A stretch of DNA of 64,000 nucleotides from Actinomycetota bacterium (GCA_020637055.1 JACJWR010000002.1:271802-335801), one strand, 5' to 3'. Positions 8,716 through 19,424 are shown, counted from the stretch's first letter. Translations and numbers: made by a program. The notes: generated by a model from the letters alone, not told the origin.

Positions 8716-9951
8716 TCAGGCCAACTGTTCGTTGACCAGCCACAGGTAGTCCAGCGCCAACACGTCTCCGACCTGCGGTCGCAGCGTGAGTCGTAGGCGC
8801 TGCCAGGACAGGTCCTCCGCGGCCGATTCACCAGCCGTGGCGCTCCGACGGTCGACCACACCCACCGGCCAGGCGCGATACGGTGCCAACGCCCACCCAT
8901 CGTCTCCGGACTCCGGCAGGCCCACGCCGGTACGGGTCATGGTGAGTAGCCCCTCGGCGGGAAGTGCCGGTCCGTACACAGTCCGCACCAGAGCCCAATC
9001 TCCCTCTGCGGCAAGCACCACCGCGGCGGGGCCGTCGGTCGCTTCGCCCTCGGCGTTGCGGCGGACGAACCGCGGAACCGTGGGCCCGCCTGCCGCGCTC
9101 CAAGGCTGCAGCAGCTGCGCCACGTCGTCCCAGTCCTCGGTTGCGGGAAGGACCGGAGCAAGTTCGCCGGAACGAAAGGCATCGACACCGTGACGGCTGA
9201 CGTCCCAGACGTCCGGCTCGCCCCAAATGGGCAGGTCCGAATCCGGGTCGTCGTCACTGGCGTCCGCTGCGATCGACAGGGCACGTTGGGCGGTATCCGG
9301 GTCGTCGATCACGCCGCTCAACGCTTCCAACAGGCGCAGCCGGGCTCCCACACTGACCCTGCGGTGGGCACGACTGCTCGGAATGTCCTTCCCGTCGACC
9401 CGTAGCACTCCGCGGGCCAGGTCGAGGCTGCCGGCCAGCTCGCCATCGTCGTCGAACACCGGAAGTCGCCACAGCACACACTCGTCACCGAACATCCGCC
9501 CTGCGATGGCCGCGATGTCCTCGATGTCCGCACGACCGTCGCCGAGAGCTGTGACCGCAACGGCCCGCGGCACTCCGGCGTCCGCGGCGATCTGCCAAAT
9601 CTTCGCCGTCGTCGGGTCGATGCCGAGGTCTGCTCCCACGACGACGAGCAGCACATCGGCAGCAAGCGCGGCGGTTGCAGCTCCGACGATCCGGTGGGGT
9701 CCGGCCGATGCCAGGTCATCGAACGGGACCGGTACACAGATCCGGGAGACTGCCGCCGGCAGCGGCTCGGGCAGTCGCCCCGGAGCCAGCAGGACGACGA
9801 CCGGCCCCGGCAGGGTTTCACCCAAGGATTCGTCCACGACCACGGGGGCATACAACCACACCGGTCCCAGCGGTCGTTCCCGCCGCGATGTCCCACCCAC
9901 CCGTGTCGTGCCCACGGCGGGCAGCTTCCCCACTATGGTGAAAGCCACCAT
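8716..9951 (-). CDS. Hypothetical protein with a degenerate translational-GTPase (EF-G/EF-Tu-like) G domain plus a domain II-like beta-barrel
   Basis: 411-aa ORF with coding-like GC3. The segment AADVLLVVVGADLGIDPTTAKIWQIAADAGVPRAVAVTALGDGRADIEDI parallels the EF-G pattern DGAVVV..GVEPQTE.VWRQA..Y.VPRI.FVNKMDR.GAD. The P-loop, DxxG and NKxD motifs are all replaced. Confidence 0.6.
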   Translation of the reverse strand: MVAFTIVGKLPAVGTTRVGGTSRRERPLGPVWLYAPVVVDESLGETLPGPVVVLLAPGRLPEPLPAAVSRICVPVPFDDLASAGPHRIVGAATAALAADVLLVVVGADLGIDPTTAKIWQIAADAGVPRAVAVTALGDGRADIEDIAAIAGRMFGDECVLWRLPVFDDDGELAGSLDLARGVLRVDGKDIPSSRAHRRVSVGARLRLLEALSGVIDDPDTAQRALSIAADASDDDPDSDLPIWGEPDVWDVSRHGVDAFRSGELAPVLPATEDWDDVAQLLQPWSAAGGPTVPRFVRRNAEGEATDGPAAVVLAAEGDWALVRTVYGPALPAEGLLTMTRTGVGLPESGDDGWALAPYRAWPVGVVDRRSATAGESAAEDLSWQRLRLTLRPQVGDVLALDYLWLVNEQLA

Positions 9952-9968
9952 CGTGGAGGTTCAGCTAC

Positions 9969-10586
9969 GTGCTCAATCAAACCGGCGCCCGTGCGGCCGC
10001 GTCGCGCATCATCGACCCCGTTGCGGGAGGGTTGATCAAGATCGGCCTCACCCCGGACGCCGTCACGCTGATCGGCACCATCGGCGTCAGCGCCACCGCA
10101 CTCTGGTTCTTCCCCAGGGGCCAGTTCGTCGTCGGCGTGCTGGTGATCATGCTGTTCATCTTCAGCGACATGCTCGACGGTGCCATGGCCCGCAAGATGG
10201 GTCGGTCCGGTTCCTGGGGGGCCTTCCTGGACTCCACCCTGGACCGCATCGCCGACGGCTTCGTTTTCGGCGCCCTCTTGATCTGGGCAGCCCGCACCCA
10301 GTCGGATCCGACCGTGGCCGCGGCCCTGATCTGCCTCGTCGGCGGCATGGTGATCTCCTACGCCCGAGCACGGGCCGAAGGTCTCGGCATGACCGGCAAC
10401 GTCGGCATCGCCGAGCGCACCGAGCGACTGGTGCTCATCCTGCTCGCGGCCTTCGTCTACGGCCTCGGCGTCCCGTACGTGCTACCGGCGGCGATGTGGA
10501 TCCTGGCCGTGCTGTCGATCGTCACAGTGCTCCAGCGCATGATCCACGTGTACCGGCAGGCGAACGACCCCGGCACGGACGGGTGA
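9969..10586 (+). CDS. pgsA: CDP-alcohol phosphatidyltransferase (phosphatidylinositol phosphate synthase)
   Basis: The CDP-alcohol motif DMLDGAMARKMGRSGSWGAFLDSTLDRIAD matches D-x2-DG-x2-AR-x8-G-x3-D-x3-D. It is a multi-TM protein in the conserved position before the PIM acyltransferase and pimA. Confidence 0.9.
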   Translation: MLNQTGARAAASRIIDPVAGGLIKIGLTPDAVTLIGTIGVSATALWFFPRGQFVVGVLVIMLFIFSDMLDGAMARKMGRSGSWGAFLDSTLDRIADGFVFGALLIWAARTQSDPTVAAALICLVGGMVISYARARAEGLGMTGNVGIAERTERLVLILLAAFVYGLGVPYVLPAAMWILAVLSIVTVLQRMIHVYRQANDPGTDG

Positions 10587-11530
10587 CCCTGATGCAGACA
10601 CCGAGCGAGTTCTTGGCCTACGCCGGCTACACCGCGGGTTGGCGAACCGTCCGATTCATGCCACGACGCCTCGCCTATGCCACGTTCTCGCAACTGGCCG
10701 ATCAGGCCTGGCTGCAACGCGGCAAAGGTGTGCGGCAGCTGGAACGCAACTACGCCCGGATCGTGCCCGACGCCACGTCGAGACAACTGCGGATGATGTC
10801 CCGGGAGGGGATGCAGAAGTACTTCCGGTACTGGTGCGACGTCTTCCGGCTGCCGGATCAGAGTCCCGAGAAGATCCTTCAGACCGTCAGGTGGGAGAAC
10901 AAGCACCTGATGCTCGAGGGCATCGCCGCCAACAAGGGGGTGGTGGCCGCGGTGTCGCATTCTGGCAACTGGGACCACATCGGCGCCTACATGGGCGTTG
11001 CCCACGGCGGCGTGATCAGCGTGGCCGAGGACCTCAAGCCAGAGCGGCTGACGGAGAAGTTCCTCGACTTCCGACGCGGATTGGGCATGGATATCCTCAC
11101 GCTCCGCAGGGGGGAGGACGTTTATGGTCGTCTGGTCGACATGGCTCCGAGGCGCGAGGTGTACGCCCTGCTCGGTGATCGCGACCTCACCCGACGCGGA
11201 GTGCCGGTCGAGTTCTTCGGTGAGACAACCCGAATGCCGGCGGGCCCGGCCGCGCTGGCCTACGACACCGGCGCGGAACTGTTCGTCGCCAACCTCTGGG
11301 CAGACGACCGTTTTGCCTATGCCCGCGTGATGGAGCCGATCCCGGTGGATCGGACGATCGGACGCAAGACGGCGATCAAACAGTTGACGCAGGCGATCGC
11401 CGACGATCTGGCGGCCGGCATCGCCGCGCATCCGACCGACTGGCACATGTTGCAGCCGCTGTGGCTTTCGGACCTCGACCAGTCCCGGGTCCGGGCCAGT
11501 GACTACGACGATCTCAGTGCGGACGACTGA
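10583..11530 (+). CDS. Phosphatidylinositol mannoside acyltransferase (LpxL/HtrB-family lysophospholipid acyltransferase)
   Basis: HSGNWDH (HX4D acyltransferase motif). GTG 10583 overlaps the pgsA stop (GTGA); the alternative ATG is at 10592. The upstream part of track ORF 9227..11530 is an antisense shadow frame. Confidence 0.85.
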   Translation: MTLMQTPSEFLAYAGYTAGWRTVRFMPRRLAYATFSQLADQAWLQRGKGVRQLERNYARIVPDATSRQLRMMSREGMQKYFRYWCDVFRLPDQSPEKILQTVRWENKHLMLEGIAANKGVVAAVSHSGNWDHIGAYMGVAHGGVISVAEDLKPERLTEKFLDFRRGLGMDILTLRRGEDVYGRLVDMAPRREVYALLGDRDLTRRGVPVEFFGETTRMPAGPAALAYDTGAELFVANLWADDRFAYARVMEPIPVDRTIGRKTAIKQLTQAIADDLAAGIAAHPTDWHMLQPLWLSDLDQSRVRASDYDDLSADD

Positions 11531-12711
11531 TGCGCATCGGGATCGTCTGCCCCTACGACTGGAACACACCCGGCGGAGTGCAGGCCCACATCCGCGACCT
11601 TGCCACCGAACTGAAGCGACGCGGCCACGAGGTGAGTGTGCTCGCGCCCAGCGACGACGAGTCGGCGTTGCCCGACTACGTCACCCCGGCCGGACGGCCC
11701 GTCTCCGTGCCCTACAACGGTTCGGTGGCTCGACTGAACGTCGGCGTGGTCTCCGCCGCGCGGGTGCGGCGTTGGATCAAGCAGGGCAACTTCGACGTGG
11801 TGCACGTGCACGAGGCGGTGTCGCCCACCGTCTCGGTGCTGACCTGTTGGATCGCCAACGGACCATTGGTGGCGACCCAGCACGCCGCGATGGAGCGGTC
11901 GAAAGCGCTGTCGTCGCTCTCACTGCTCGCCAACACCGCGCTGGAGAAGGTCTCCGGGCGGATCGCGGTGAGTGAGAAGGCCCGCCAGTTCATGGTTGAG
12001 CACGTCGGCGGGGACGCCGTGCTGATCCCGAACGGAGTGAGCTGTGAAACGTTTGCGGCGCCCGAGCAGTTGCCCGGCTACCCCCGGGAAGGCCCGACGC
12101 TGTTTTTCATCGGGCGGATCGACGAGCCCCGCAAGGGCCTGCCCACCTTGATCGAGGCGCTGCCGAAGATCGTCGCGGTACACCCCGATCTGCAATTGCT
12201 GGTGGCCGGTCCGGGGGATACCGACGAGGTCGCCGCCGAACTGCCGCCGGAAATCGCGCCGCACGTGAGGTTCCTGGGACTCGTCAGCGAGACCGACAAG
12301 GTCCGCGCCTACCACTCCGCGGACGTCTACATCGCCCCGCAACTCGGCGGGGAGAGTTTCGGCATCGTGCTGCTCGAGTCGATGGCCTCCGGCACTCCGG
12401 TCTTGGCCAGTGACCTCGAGGCCTTCCGACTGGTGCTCGGTGACGGACGCTACGGCGAACTCTTCCGCACCGGCGACCCGGACGACCTCGCGCAGAAATG
12501 CCTGTCGCTGCTCGCCGAACCGGATCGCCGACGCCAACTCTCTGGGCTGGGCTTGCGTCGTGCACGGGAATACGACTGGTCGACGGTCGCCAGGGACGTG
12601 GAACGGGTCTACGCCTCGGTCATCACACCGGGAGAACCCGTCTCCGCGGACCTCAGCGAACAGTTGCTCGGCCGGTGGGCGCGCCGGGCGGCGAAGGAGG
12701 ATTCCCGGTGA
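11530..12711 (+). CDS. pimA: GT4 glycosyltransferase, phosphatidylinositol alpha-mannosyltransferase
   Basis: 393 aa. The N-terminus MRIGIVCPYDWNTPGGVQAHI and the GT-B EX7E region ESFGIVLLESMASGTPVLAS match. Synteny follows pgsA and the acyltransferase. Confidence 0.85.
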   Translation: MRIGIVCPYDWNTPGGVQAHIRDLATELKRRGHEVSVLAPSDDESALPDYVTPAGRPVSVPYNGSVARLNVGVVSAARVRRWIKQGNFDVVHVHEAVSPTVSVLTCWIANGPLVATQHAAMERSKALSSLSLLANTALEKVSGRIAVSEKARQFMVEHVGGDAVLIPNGVSCETFAAPEQLPGYPREGPTLFFIGRIDEPRKGLPTLIEALPKIVAVHPDLQLLVAGPGDTDEVAAELPPEIAPHVRFLGLVSETDKVRAYHSADVYIAPQLGGESFGIVLLESMASGTPVLASDLEAFRLVLGDGRYGELFRTGDPDDLAQKCLSLLAEPDRRRQLSGLGLRRAREYDWSTVARDVERVYASVITPGEPVSADLSEQLLGRWARRAAKEDSR

Positions 12712-13262
12712 GCGGACCGGCATGGCTGGTCACGCTGTTGGCCGTCGCGGTGGTCATCGCGGTGGTCGTGTATCTGTCGAGTACGGCTGGTCGGCTCGAT
12801 CGTTTGCACCGGCGGGTGGAGGTGGGCCAGGACAATCTCCACCGCGCCCTCCAACGACGCCGCGACCTTGCCGACCACGCGGCAGCCATCGGCGTGCTGG
12901 ATCCGGCGTCATCGCTGTTGATCGCGAATGCGGTAGCCAGAGTCGATGCGACCGAACCGTCCGATCGGGTGGCCACCTACTTGGCCGAATCCGACCTCAC
13001 GGCGGTGCTGACGGCGGTCTTTGCGGATCCGACGGAAGTCGACGAGATCATCGATGAACCCGGGGGTGAAGTGGTGGCACGGCTGGCGGATTCCTGCCAC
13101 CGCGTGGAGATCGGGCGCCGCTTCTACAACGACGCCGTCCTCGCGACGCGCAATCAGCGCAACCGGGCCATCGTCCGGATCTTCCGGCTGCAGGGTCGTG
13201 CGGCGATGCCCGAGACCGTCGAAATGGCCGATGCCCCCCCGGAGGGATTCGCGGGGCGCTAG
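12708..13262 (+). CDS. LemA-like membrane-anchored protein
   Basis: GTG 12708 overlaps the pimA stop, with GAAGGAGG 8 nt upstream. It has an N-terminal TM helix ([18 protein letters not shown]). Its LemA-like spacing runs from L..RR.DL to RRFYNDAV. Confidence 0.6.
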   Translation: MSGPAWLVTLLAVAVVIAVVVYLSSTAGRLDRLHRRVEVGQDNLHRALQRRRDLADHAAAIGVLDPASSLLIANAVARVDATEPSDRVATYLAESDLTAVLTAVFADPTEVDEIIDEPGGEVVARLADSCHRVEIGRRFYNDAVLATRNQRNRAIVRIFRLQGRAAMPETVEMADAPPEGFAGR

Positions 13263-13329
13263 CGCGCTGCGTACACTCGTCCCAGAGTGCCGTGACTGCG
13301 GCCCCACCCCACACCCCGACAACGATTCA

Positions 13330-14238
13330 GTGAGGTTCGACGTGATTGAGACTGCCCACGCCACGGGTACCGCCCGCGTCAAGCGCGGGATGGCGGAAAT
13401 GCTCAAGGGCGGCGTCATCATGGACGTCGTCACCCCGGAGCAGGCGAAGATCGCCGAAGATGCCGGAGCGGTGGCCGTCATGGCGCTCGAGCGCGTGCCG
13501 GCCGATATCCGTGCCCAAGGTGGCGTGGCTCGGATGTCCGATCCAGACATGATCGACGGGATCATCGAGGCGGTGTCGATCCCGGTGATGGCCAAGGCCC
13601 GGATCGGACACTTCGTCGAGGCCCAGGTGCTGCAGAGCCTCGGCGTGGACTACATCGACGAATCCGAGGTGCTCACCCCGGCCGATGAGAAGCTGCACAT
13701 CGACAAGTGGGAGTTCACCGTGCCGTTCGTGTGCGGTGCCACCAACCTCGGCGAGGCGCTGCGTCGCATCGCCGAGGGTGCGGCCATGATCCGCTCGAAG
13801 GGCGAGGCCGGAACCGGCAATGTGGTCGAAGCCACCAGGCACATGCGCAGCATGGTCAGCGGCATCCGTTCGGTGCAGTCGATGGGCGAGGAAGAACTCT
13901 TCAACGCGGCCAAGGAACTCGGCGCTCCCTATGAGTTGGTCCGGGAGGTGCACGAACTCGGCAAACTGCCGGTGGTGATGTTCACCGCAGGTGGCATCGC
14001 CACGCCGGCCGACGCGGCCATGATGATGCAACTCGGAGCCGAAGGTGTGTTTGTCGGATCCGGCATCTTCAAGTCCGGCGATCCGGTCAAGCGGGCAAAC
14101 GCCATCGTGCAAGCCACCACCCACTACGACAACCCCGATGTGATCGCCAAGGTGTCGCGCGGTCTCGGCGAAGCGATGGTCGGCATCAACCTGGATGAGT
14201 TGAGTCCCGAACAGCGCTACGCCGGACGAGGCTGGTGA
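13330..14238 (+). CDS. pdxS: Pyridoxal 5'-phosphate synthase lyase subunit
   Basis: [49 protein letters not shown] is the canonical PdxS N-terminus. The start is GTG 13330 or 13342. The upstream part of the track ORF is not coding. Confidence 0.95.
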   Translation: MRFDVIETAHATGTARVKRGMAEMLKGGVIMDVVTPEQAKIAEDAGAVAVMALERVPADIRAQGGVARMSDPDMIDGIIEAVSIPVMAKARIGHFVEAQVLQSLGVDYIDESEVLTPADEKLHIDKWEFTVPFVCGATNLGEALRRIAEGAAMIRSKGEAGTGNVVEATRHMRSMVSGIRSVQSMGEEELFNAAKELGAPYELVREVHELGKLPVVMFTAGGIATPADAAMMMQLGAEGVFVGSGIFKSGDPVKRANAIVQATTHYDNPDVIAKVSRGLGEAMVGINLDELSPEQRYAGRGW

Positions 14239-14825
14239 CGCTGGTCGGCGTCCTAGGACTGCAAGGGGACGTCCGAGAGCACGTCGCAGCGATGGCCGCG
14301 CTCGGGGTGGCCACGGCCGTCGTCCGGACACCGACCGATCTGGCCGCTGTCGACGCCCTGATCATTCCGGGCGGGGAATCCACGACCATGTCCTTGATCG
14401 CCACCCGCGAAGGACTGTTTCCGCCGCTCCGGACGGCGGTGGCCGAGGGGATGCCGATGTACGGGTCCTGTGCGGGCATGATCATGCTCGCTCGCGAAGT
14501 GCTGGACGGCCGTCCCGATCAGCAGACCCTGGGCGCTCTCGACATCGCCGTGCGCCGGAACGCCTTCGGTCGGCAGGTGGACTCCTTCGAGGCGGATCTG
14601 GCCATGCCCTGCCTGGGGGAGGAACCGCTGCGGGCGGTGTTCATCCGGGCGCCTTGGGTGGAGCAGATGGGACCGCAGGTGGAGGTTCTGGGACGAGTCA
14701 CCGGGGGACCCGCGGAGGGTAGGATCGTCGCTGTGAGTTCCGGACGGGTGCTCGCGACGTCGTTCCACCCAGAGCTCACCGGCGACCTCCGGGTGCATGC
14801 ACTGTTCCGGGACATGATCGACTGA
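14235..14825 (+). CDS. pdxT: Pyridoxal 5'-phosphate synthase glutaminase subunit
   Basis: 196 aa with [12 protein letters not shown], the catalytic GSCAGMI and FHPE. Its start overlaps the pdxS stop. Confidence 0.95.
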   Translation: MTLVGVLGLQGDVREHVAAMAALGVATAVVRTPTDLAAVDALIIPGGESTTMSLIATREGLFPPLRTAVAEGMPMYGSCAGMIMLAREVLDGRPDQQTLGALDIAVRRNAFGRQVDSFEADLAMPCLGEEPLRAVFIRAPWVEQMGPQVEVLGRVTGGPAEGRIVAVSSGRVLATSFHPELTGDLRVHALFRDMID

Positions 14826-14850
14826 GACAGCCGAGGGAAAGGAGGCGCTG

Positions 14851-15606
14851 ATGAGCGGTCATTCGAAATGGGCGACCACCAAACACAAGAAGGCCGTGAT
14901 CGACGCCAAGCGCGGGAAACTCTTCGCCAAACTGATCAAGAACATCGAGGTGGCTGCTCGCCTCGGCGGTGGCGATCCCGATGGCAATCCGACGCTCTAC
15001 GACGCCATCCAGAAGGCACGCAAGAACTCGGTGCCCATGGACAACATCGACCGTGCGATCAAGCGGGGATCGGGCGCGGAGGCGGGTGGCTCCGACTGGG
15101 AAACGATCATGTACGAGGGCTACGCGCCGAACGGTGTCGCGGTGCTGATCGAATGCTTGACCGACAACCGGAATCGGGCCGCCTCGGAAGTGCGTACGGC
15201 GATGACTCGCAACGGCGGAACGATGGCCGACCCCGGTTCGGTGGCGTACCTGTTCTCGCGCAAGGGAGTCGTGCTGGTTCCGAAAGCCGATGGGCTGACC
15301 GACGACGATGTGTTGTTGGCCGTGCTCGATGCCGGCGCCGAAGAGGTCAACGATCTCGGCGAGACTTTCGAAGTGGTGAGCGAAGCCGGTGACCTCGTCG
15401 CCGTCCGCACCGCGCTGCAGCAAGCCGGGTTGGATTACGACTCGGCCGAGGCCTCGTTCCTGCCCAGCGTGGAGGTGCCGCTGGACGCCGAATCGGCGAG
15501 CAAGGTCTTCCGGCTGATCGAAGCGCTCGAAGACTCCGACGAGGTCCAGAACGTCTATGCCAATGCCGATGTCTCCGACGAAGTAATTGCGGAGTTGGAC
15601 TCCTAA
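14851..15606 (+). CDS. yebC: YebC/PmpR family DNA-binding transcriptional regulator
   Basis: [37 protein letters not shown] is the hallmark N-terminus. Length is 251 aa. Confidence 0.95.
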   Translation: MSGHSKWATTKHKKAVIDAKRGKLFAKLIKNIEVAARLGGGDPDGNPTLYDAIQKARKNSVPMDNIDRAIKRGSGAEAGGSDWETIMYEGYAPNGVAVLIECLTDNRNRAASEVRTAMTRNGGTMADPGSVAYLFSRKGVVLVPKADGLTDDDVLLAVLDAGAEEVNDLGETFEVVSEAGDLVAVRTALQQAGLDYDSAEASFLPSVEVPLDAESASKVFRLIEALEDSDEVQNVYANADVSDEVIAELDS

Positions 15607-15690
15607 TCGGAACAACAGCAGGAAATGCCTCGTATTCATTGGGTAGGTTCGACGGAACCGATGAATCAATTCGCGTGAATGTGAGGTGCC

Positions 15691-17172
15691 GTGGGAGAGG
15701 GCCCGAACGGCGACTCCGCGGATCCTGTTGCCGTGGTGACGCCGCCGAAGCGGATGTCCGGCTGGGATTTCGCCACGTGGCGAGTGGCCTCCGACGACCC
15801 GGTGATGCGCTCCACCATCATTGGCCTGTTGCTGTTGGAGAACACCCCCGATTGGGATGCGCTGAGGAGTCGATTCGATCGTGCCAGCCGCACCATCACC
15901 GTGCTTCGGCAGAAGGTGGTGGAGAGCCCGGGCGGGCTGGAGAGCCCGCGGATGGTGTTGGACACGGAATTCGACTTGGACTTCCACATGCGCCGGTTCC
16001 GCATGCCGGCCCGTTCCCGCTGGGCCGATGTGCTGGAGGACTGCCGCCGGCAGTCGATGACCGACTTCGACCGTGACCGCCCGCTGTGGCGGGTGACGTT
16101 GCTCGAGGGGCTGCCCGAGGGCAAAGCGGCACTCATCGTCAAACTGCACCACGCCATCGCCGACGGCCAAGGTGCGGTGATGCTGGGGGCGGCGCTCTTC
16201 GACTTCGCCGCCGAGCCCCCCGACCTTGGGCCGATGCCCCCCGAGCCGGTGTCCGGGGAGCCCGCCGACGGCGGCCTCGAGGCGATGGTGAAGGACAACC
16301 TGGGGTGGGTCGCACGGACCACCTCGGACTTCGTGCGTGGTCTTGGCCCGGCCACCCTGGCGGGCATGAAGGACCCGGGCGCCATGGCCCAACGGGTGGT
16401 CAAAACAGCCGGTTCCATCTTGCGGTTCACGAAGATCCCGCTGGGCCCGTTGTCGCCGCTGATGACCGAACGCAGCATCAACTACCACTTCGACACCTTC
16501 GACATCGACTTCGCCGCGATCAAGAAAGCGGCGAAGGCGAACGATGCCACCGCGAACGACGTCTTCCTCACCGCCATTGCCGAAGGCCTCGGCGAATACC
16601 ACCGGCGGATGGGCAAACCGGTGGACAAACTCCGGGTCAACATGCCCATCAGCCTGCGCAAACCGGGCTCGACCAGCACGGACAACGCCGTCACGATCGC
16701 GCGGTTCGAGTTGCCGGTGTCGGTCCATTCGCCGGCCGAGATCATGCGCGAAGTGGGTGAGACCGTTCGCAAGTGGCGGGCGGAGCCGGCGCTTGCGCTA
16801 GCCGACGAGATCGCCGAACTGTCCCGGTTGATCCCACCGGAGTTGATCTCGGCAGTCGCGCAGGCGAGCGACCTGACCGCCTCCAACGTGCCCGGGGTGC
16901 CGATTCCGGTCTGGCTCGGCGGCGCCAAAGTGCTGCGCATGTATCCGCTGGTGGCCACGATCGGCGCGGCGGTCAATGTCACGATGCTCACCTACAACGG
17001 CACCGCTTCGGTCGGCATCAGCACCGACGACGCTGCGGTCGATGACCGCGACGAGTTGATCCGTTGTCTACGCACTGGTTTCCGCACCGTGACCGGGTCC
17101 CCGGTCGCCGCAGGGACGCCCCTCACCCGGCGGCGACACGCAGCCGCGTCGAAGTCGAAAGCGGCCGACTGA
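15691..17172 (+). CDS. Wax ester synthase / diacylglycerol O-acyltransferase (WS/DGAT) family protein
   Basis: The catalytic HHxxxDG motif is present as KLHHAIADGQG. A length of about 470-490 aa is typical. The start may be ATG 15754 (MSGWDFATW) rather than GTG 15691. Confidence 0.85.
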   Translation: MGEGPNGDSADPVAVVTPPKRMSGWDFATWRVASDDPVMRSTIIGLLLLENTPDWDALRSRFDRASRTITVLRQKVVESPGGLESPRMVLDTEFDLDFHMRRFRMPARSRWADVLEDCRRQSMTDFDRDRPLWRVTLLEGLPEGKAALIVKLHHAIADGQGAVMLGAALFDFAAEPPDLGPMPPEPVSGEPADGGLEAMVKDNLGWVARTTSDFVRGLGPATLAGMKDPGAMAQRVVKTAGSILRFTKIPLGPLSPLMTERSINYHFDTFDIDFAAIKKAAKANDATANDVFLTAIAEGLGEYHRRMGKPVDKLRVNMPISLRKPGSTSTDNAVTIARFELPVSVHSPAEIMREVGETVRKWRAEPALALADEIAELSRLIPPELISAVAQASDLTASNVPGVPIPVWLGGAKVLRMYPLVATIGAAVNVTMLTYNGTASVGISTDDAAVDDRDELIRCLRTGFRTVTGSPVAAGTPLTRRRHAAASKSKAAD

Positions 17173-17195
17173 ATCCATCGAGTCGGGTAGGCTCT

Positions 17196-17211
17196 TCGAA
17201 CACGTGACCGA
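17196..17211. promoter_or_regulatory. Possible LexA (SOS) box upstream of ruvC
   Basis: TCGAAC-ACGT-GACCGA compared with the actinobacterial consensus TCGAAC-N4-GTTCGA. The left half is perfect and the right half matches 4/6. It lies 32 nt before the ruvC ATG. Confidence 0.3.
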
Positions 17212-17242
17212 ATGAAGTGTCCGGCCGCCGATCGGAGGTGCC

Positions 17243-17752
17243 ATGCGGGTGCTGGGAGTGGACCCCGGGCTGACTCGCTGCGGTATCGGCGTGGTCGAAG
17301 GATCCCCGGGCAGAAGACTGGCGCTGGTGCACGTCGAGGTTGTTCGAACCGACCCCGAGGTCGCACTCGGGGCCCGGTTGGGTCGCATCGATGAGGCGGT
17401 CGCCGCCGCTCTCGCGGATTTCCGCCCGGATCGGGTGGCCATCGAGAGAGTATTCAGTCAACACAACGTGAGCACCGTCATGGGCACCGCGCAGGCCGCA
17501 GGCGTGTGCGCGCTGGCTGCCCATCGGGCGCGACGTTCGGTCGCCACCTACACCCCGTCGGAGGTGAAGGCCGCCGTCACCGGCGATGGGCGGGCAGACA
17601 AGTCCGGAGTGGCCTTCATGGTGCGGCGGATACTCAATCTCGCCGAGGCACCGCGACCGGCCGACGCCACCGACGCCCTCGCTCTGGCGATCACCGATGT
17701 CTGGCGGGGAACCGCGCTGCGTGATCGGGCACGGGCGGTGGCGCGGCGATGA
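17243..17752 (+). CDS. ruvC: Crossover junction endodeoxyribonuclease RuvC
   Basis: [19 protein letters not shown]-terminus with the catalytic Asp. Length is 169 aa and the gene is followed by ruvA and ruvB. Confidence 0.95.
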   Translation: MRVLGVDPGLTRCGIGVVEGSPGRRLALVHVEVVRTDPEVALGARLGRIDEAVAAALADFRPDRVAIERVFSQHNVSTVMGTAQAAGVCALAAHRARRSVATYTPSEVKAAVTGDGRADKSGVAFMVRRILNLAEAPRPADATDALALAITDVWRGTALRDRARAVARR

Positions 17753-18372
17753 TCGTCTCCCTGCGCGGCACCTGCGTCGCCCACCAGGGCGAAACCCTCG
17801 TCGTCGAAGTGGGTGGGGTGGGACTCAAGGTCACCTGCACCCCCTCGGCGATGGCTGCTGCCAGGGTGGGCAATGAGTGCCGACTCGCCACCGCCCTGAT
17901 CGTGCGCGAGGACGGCTGGTCACTGTACGGCTTCGCCGACGCCGACGAACGTGGGCTCTTCGACCAACTGCAGACCGTCACCGGGGTGGGTCCGCGGATG
18001 GCCCTCACCACTGTCGGCAGTCTCGGAACGATCGAGTTGGTCCGGGCCATCACCACGGCCGACATCCGCAGACTCACCGCTGTTCCCGGCGTCGGGAAGA
18101 AGACCGCGGAGCGCATGGTGCTCGAATTGCGCGAAAAGGTGGGACCCACACCACCGGCAGCTGAAACCGGTACGCCACCGTCGCTGCGTGAGGATGTGCT
18201 TGGCGGTTGGCAACGCCAGGTGCTCGATGGTTTGGTCGGTCTGGGCTGGCAGACCCGGGATGCCCAAGAGGCGGTTGCAGGTGTGGCGACCGAGGTGGCG
18301 CAGGGAACGATCGACACTGCTGATGTGTCCGCCTTGTTGCGGTTGGCGCTCACCAGACTGGATCGGGTGTGA
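17749..18372 (+). CDS. ruvA: Holliday junction branch migration complex subunit RuvA
   Basis: MIVSLRGT... N-terminus and the HhH segments [13 protein letters not shown] and [20 protein letters not shown] 4-nt overlap with ruvC. Confidence 0.95.
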   Translation: MIVSLRGTCVAHQGETLVVEVGGVGLKVTCTPSAMAAARVGNECRLATALIVREDGWSLYGFADADERGLFDQLQTVTGVGPRMALTTVGSLGTIELVRAITTADIRRLTAVPGVGKKTAERMVLELREKVGPTPPAAETGTPPSLREDVLGGWQRQVLDGLVGLGWQTRDAQEAVAGVATEVAQGTIDTADVSALLRLALTRLDRV

Positions 18373-19424
18373 GCGCGGTGCCGGACGAGTCCTCCGCGGC
18401 GGACCGCGATCGGGTTATCGACGCCCGCGCGTCCAAGGACGATCTGGATGTCGAGGGTGCGCTCCGCCCGACCACTCTGAACGACTTCATCGGGCAAGAG
18501 CGGGTGCGGGCACAACTGGGATTGGTGCTGGCCGCGGCCCGTCAGCGCGGATCAGCATCCGATCATGTGCTGCTGAGCGGTCCGCCCGGGTTGGGCAAGA
18601 CCACGCTAGCCATGATCATTGCTGCCGAACTGTCGGTGCCGCTCCGCATCACGAGTGGTCCGGCGATCCAACATGCCGGCGACCTCGCCGCGGTGCTCAC
18701 CAGTCTGGAGCCGGGGGAGGTGCTCTTCCTCGACGAGATCCACCGAATGGCCAGACCGGCAGAGGAGATGCTCTACATGGCCATGGAGGACTTCAGGGTC
18801 GACGTCGTGGTGGGAAAGGGGCCGGGCGCCACCGCGATTCCGCTGGAACTGGCTCCCTTCACGCTCGTCGGTGCCACGACCCGGGCGGGCCTGCTGCCGG
18901 GACCGTTGCGCGATCGCTTCGGTTTCACGGGCCACATGGACTTCTACGAACCTGGCGACCTGCAATTGATCATCTCCAGATCCGCGGAGTTGCTCGGCGT
19001 GCCGATCGACGACGACGCCGCAGCAGAGGTGGCAAGGCGATCCCGAGGTACACCGCGAATCGCAAACCGACTCCTGCGACGAATGCGCGACTACGCAGAG
19101 GTGCACGGCGACGGCCGCGTCACCGTACCGATCGCGCGGGCGGCGCTGGAGCTCTACGACGTCGACGATTTGGGGCTCGACCGTCTGGACAAGGCTGTGA
19201 TGTCGGCTCTGTTGACCCGATTCGGCGGGGGACCGGTGGGACTGAACACCTTGTCGGTCGCGGTCGCCGAGGAGTCGGAGACGGTCGAGACGGTGAGCGA
19301 GCCCTTCCTGGTCCGGCAGGGACTGCTCATCCGCACGCCCCGGGGGCGGGTAGCCACCCAACTTGCCTGGCAGCACTTCGGCGTGGCCCCACCTCCCGGA
19401 GTCCAGCCGACCCTCCTCACCTGA
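18369..19424 (+). CDS. ruvB: Holliday junction branch migration DNA helicase RuvB
   Basis: Walker [12 protein letters not shown], Walker B LFLDEIHR and the sensor [12 protein letters not shown]. Length is 351 aa. Confidence 0.97.
   Translation: MSAVPDESSAADRDRVIDARASKDDLDVEGALRPTTLNDFIGQERVRAQLGLVLAAARQRGSASDHVLLSGPPGLGKTTLAMIIAAELSVPLRITSGPAIQHAGDLAAVLTSLEPGEVLFLDEIHRMARPAEEMLYMAMEDFRVDVVVGKGPGATAIPLELAPFTLVGATTRAGLLPGPLRDRFGFTGHMDFYEPGDLQLIISRSAELLGVPIDDDAAAEVARRSRGTPRIANRLLRRMRDYAEVHGDGRVTVPIARAALELYDVDDLGLDRLDKAVMSALLTRFGGGPVGLNTLSVAVAEESETVETVSEPFLVRQGLLIRTPRGRVATQLAWQHFGVAPPPGVQPTLLT

Noticed and set aside
9227-10582. N-terminal 450 codons of the 767-aa plus-strand ORF
   Set aside because: It is antisense to the 8716-9951 gene and out of frame across pgsA, and its composition is Ser/Arg/Pro-rich junk. 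Only the part from 10583 onward (HSGNWD acyltransferase) looks like a real protein.
14776-16728. 650-aa minus-strand ORF
   Set aside because: It overlaps the pdxT end, all of yebC and most of the WS/DGAT gene, all of which have unmistakable motifs on the plus strand. It is a shadow frame.
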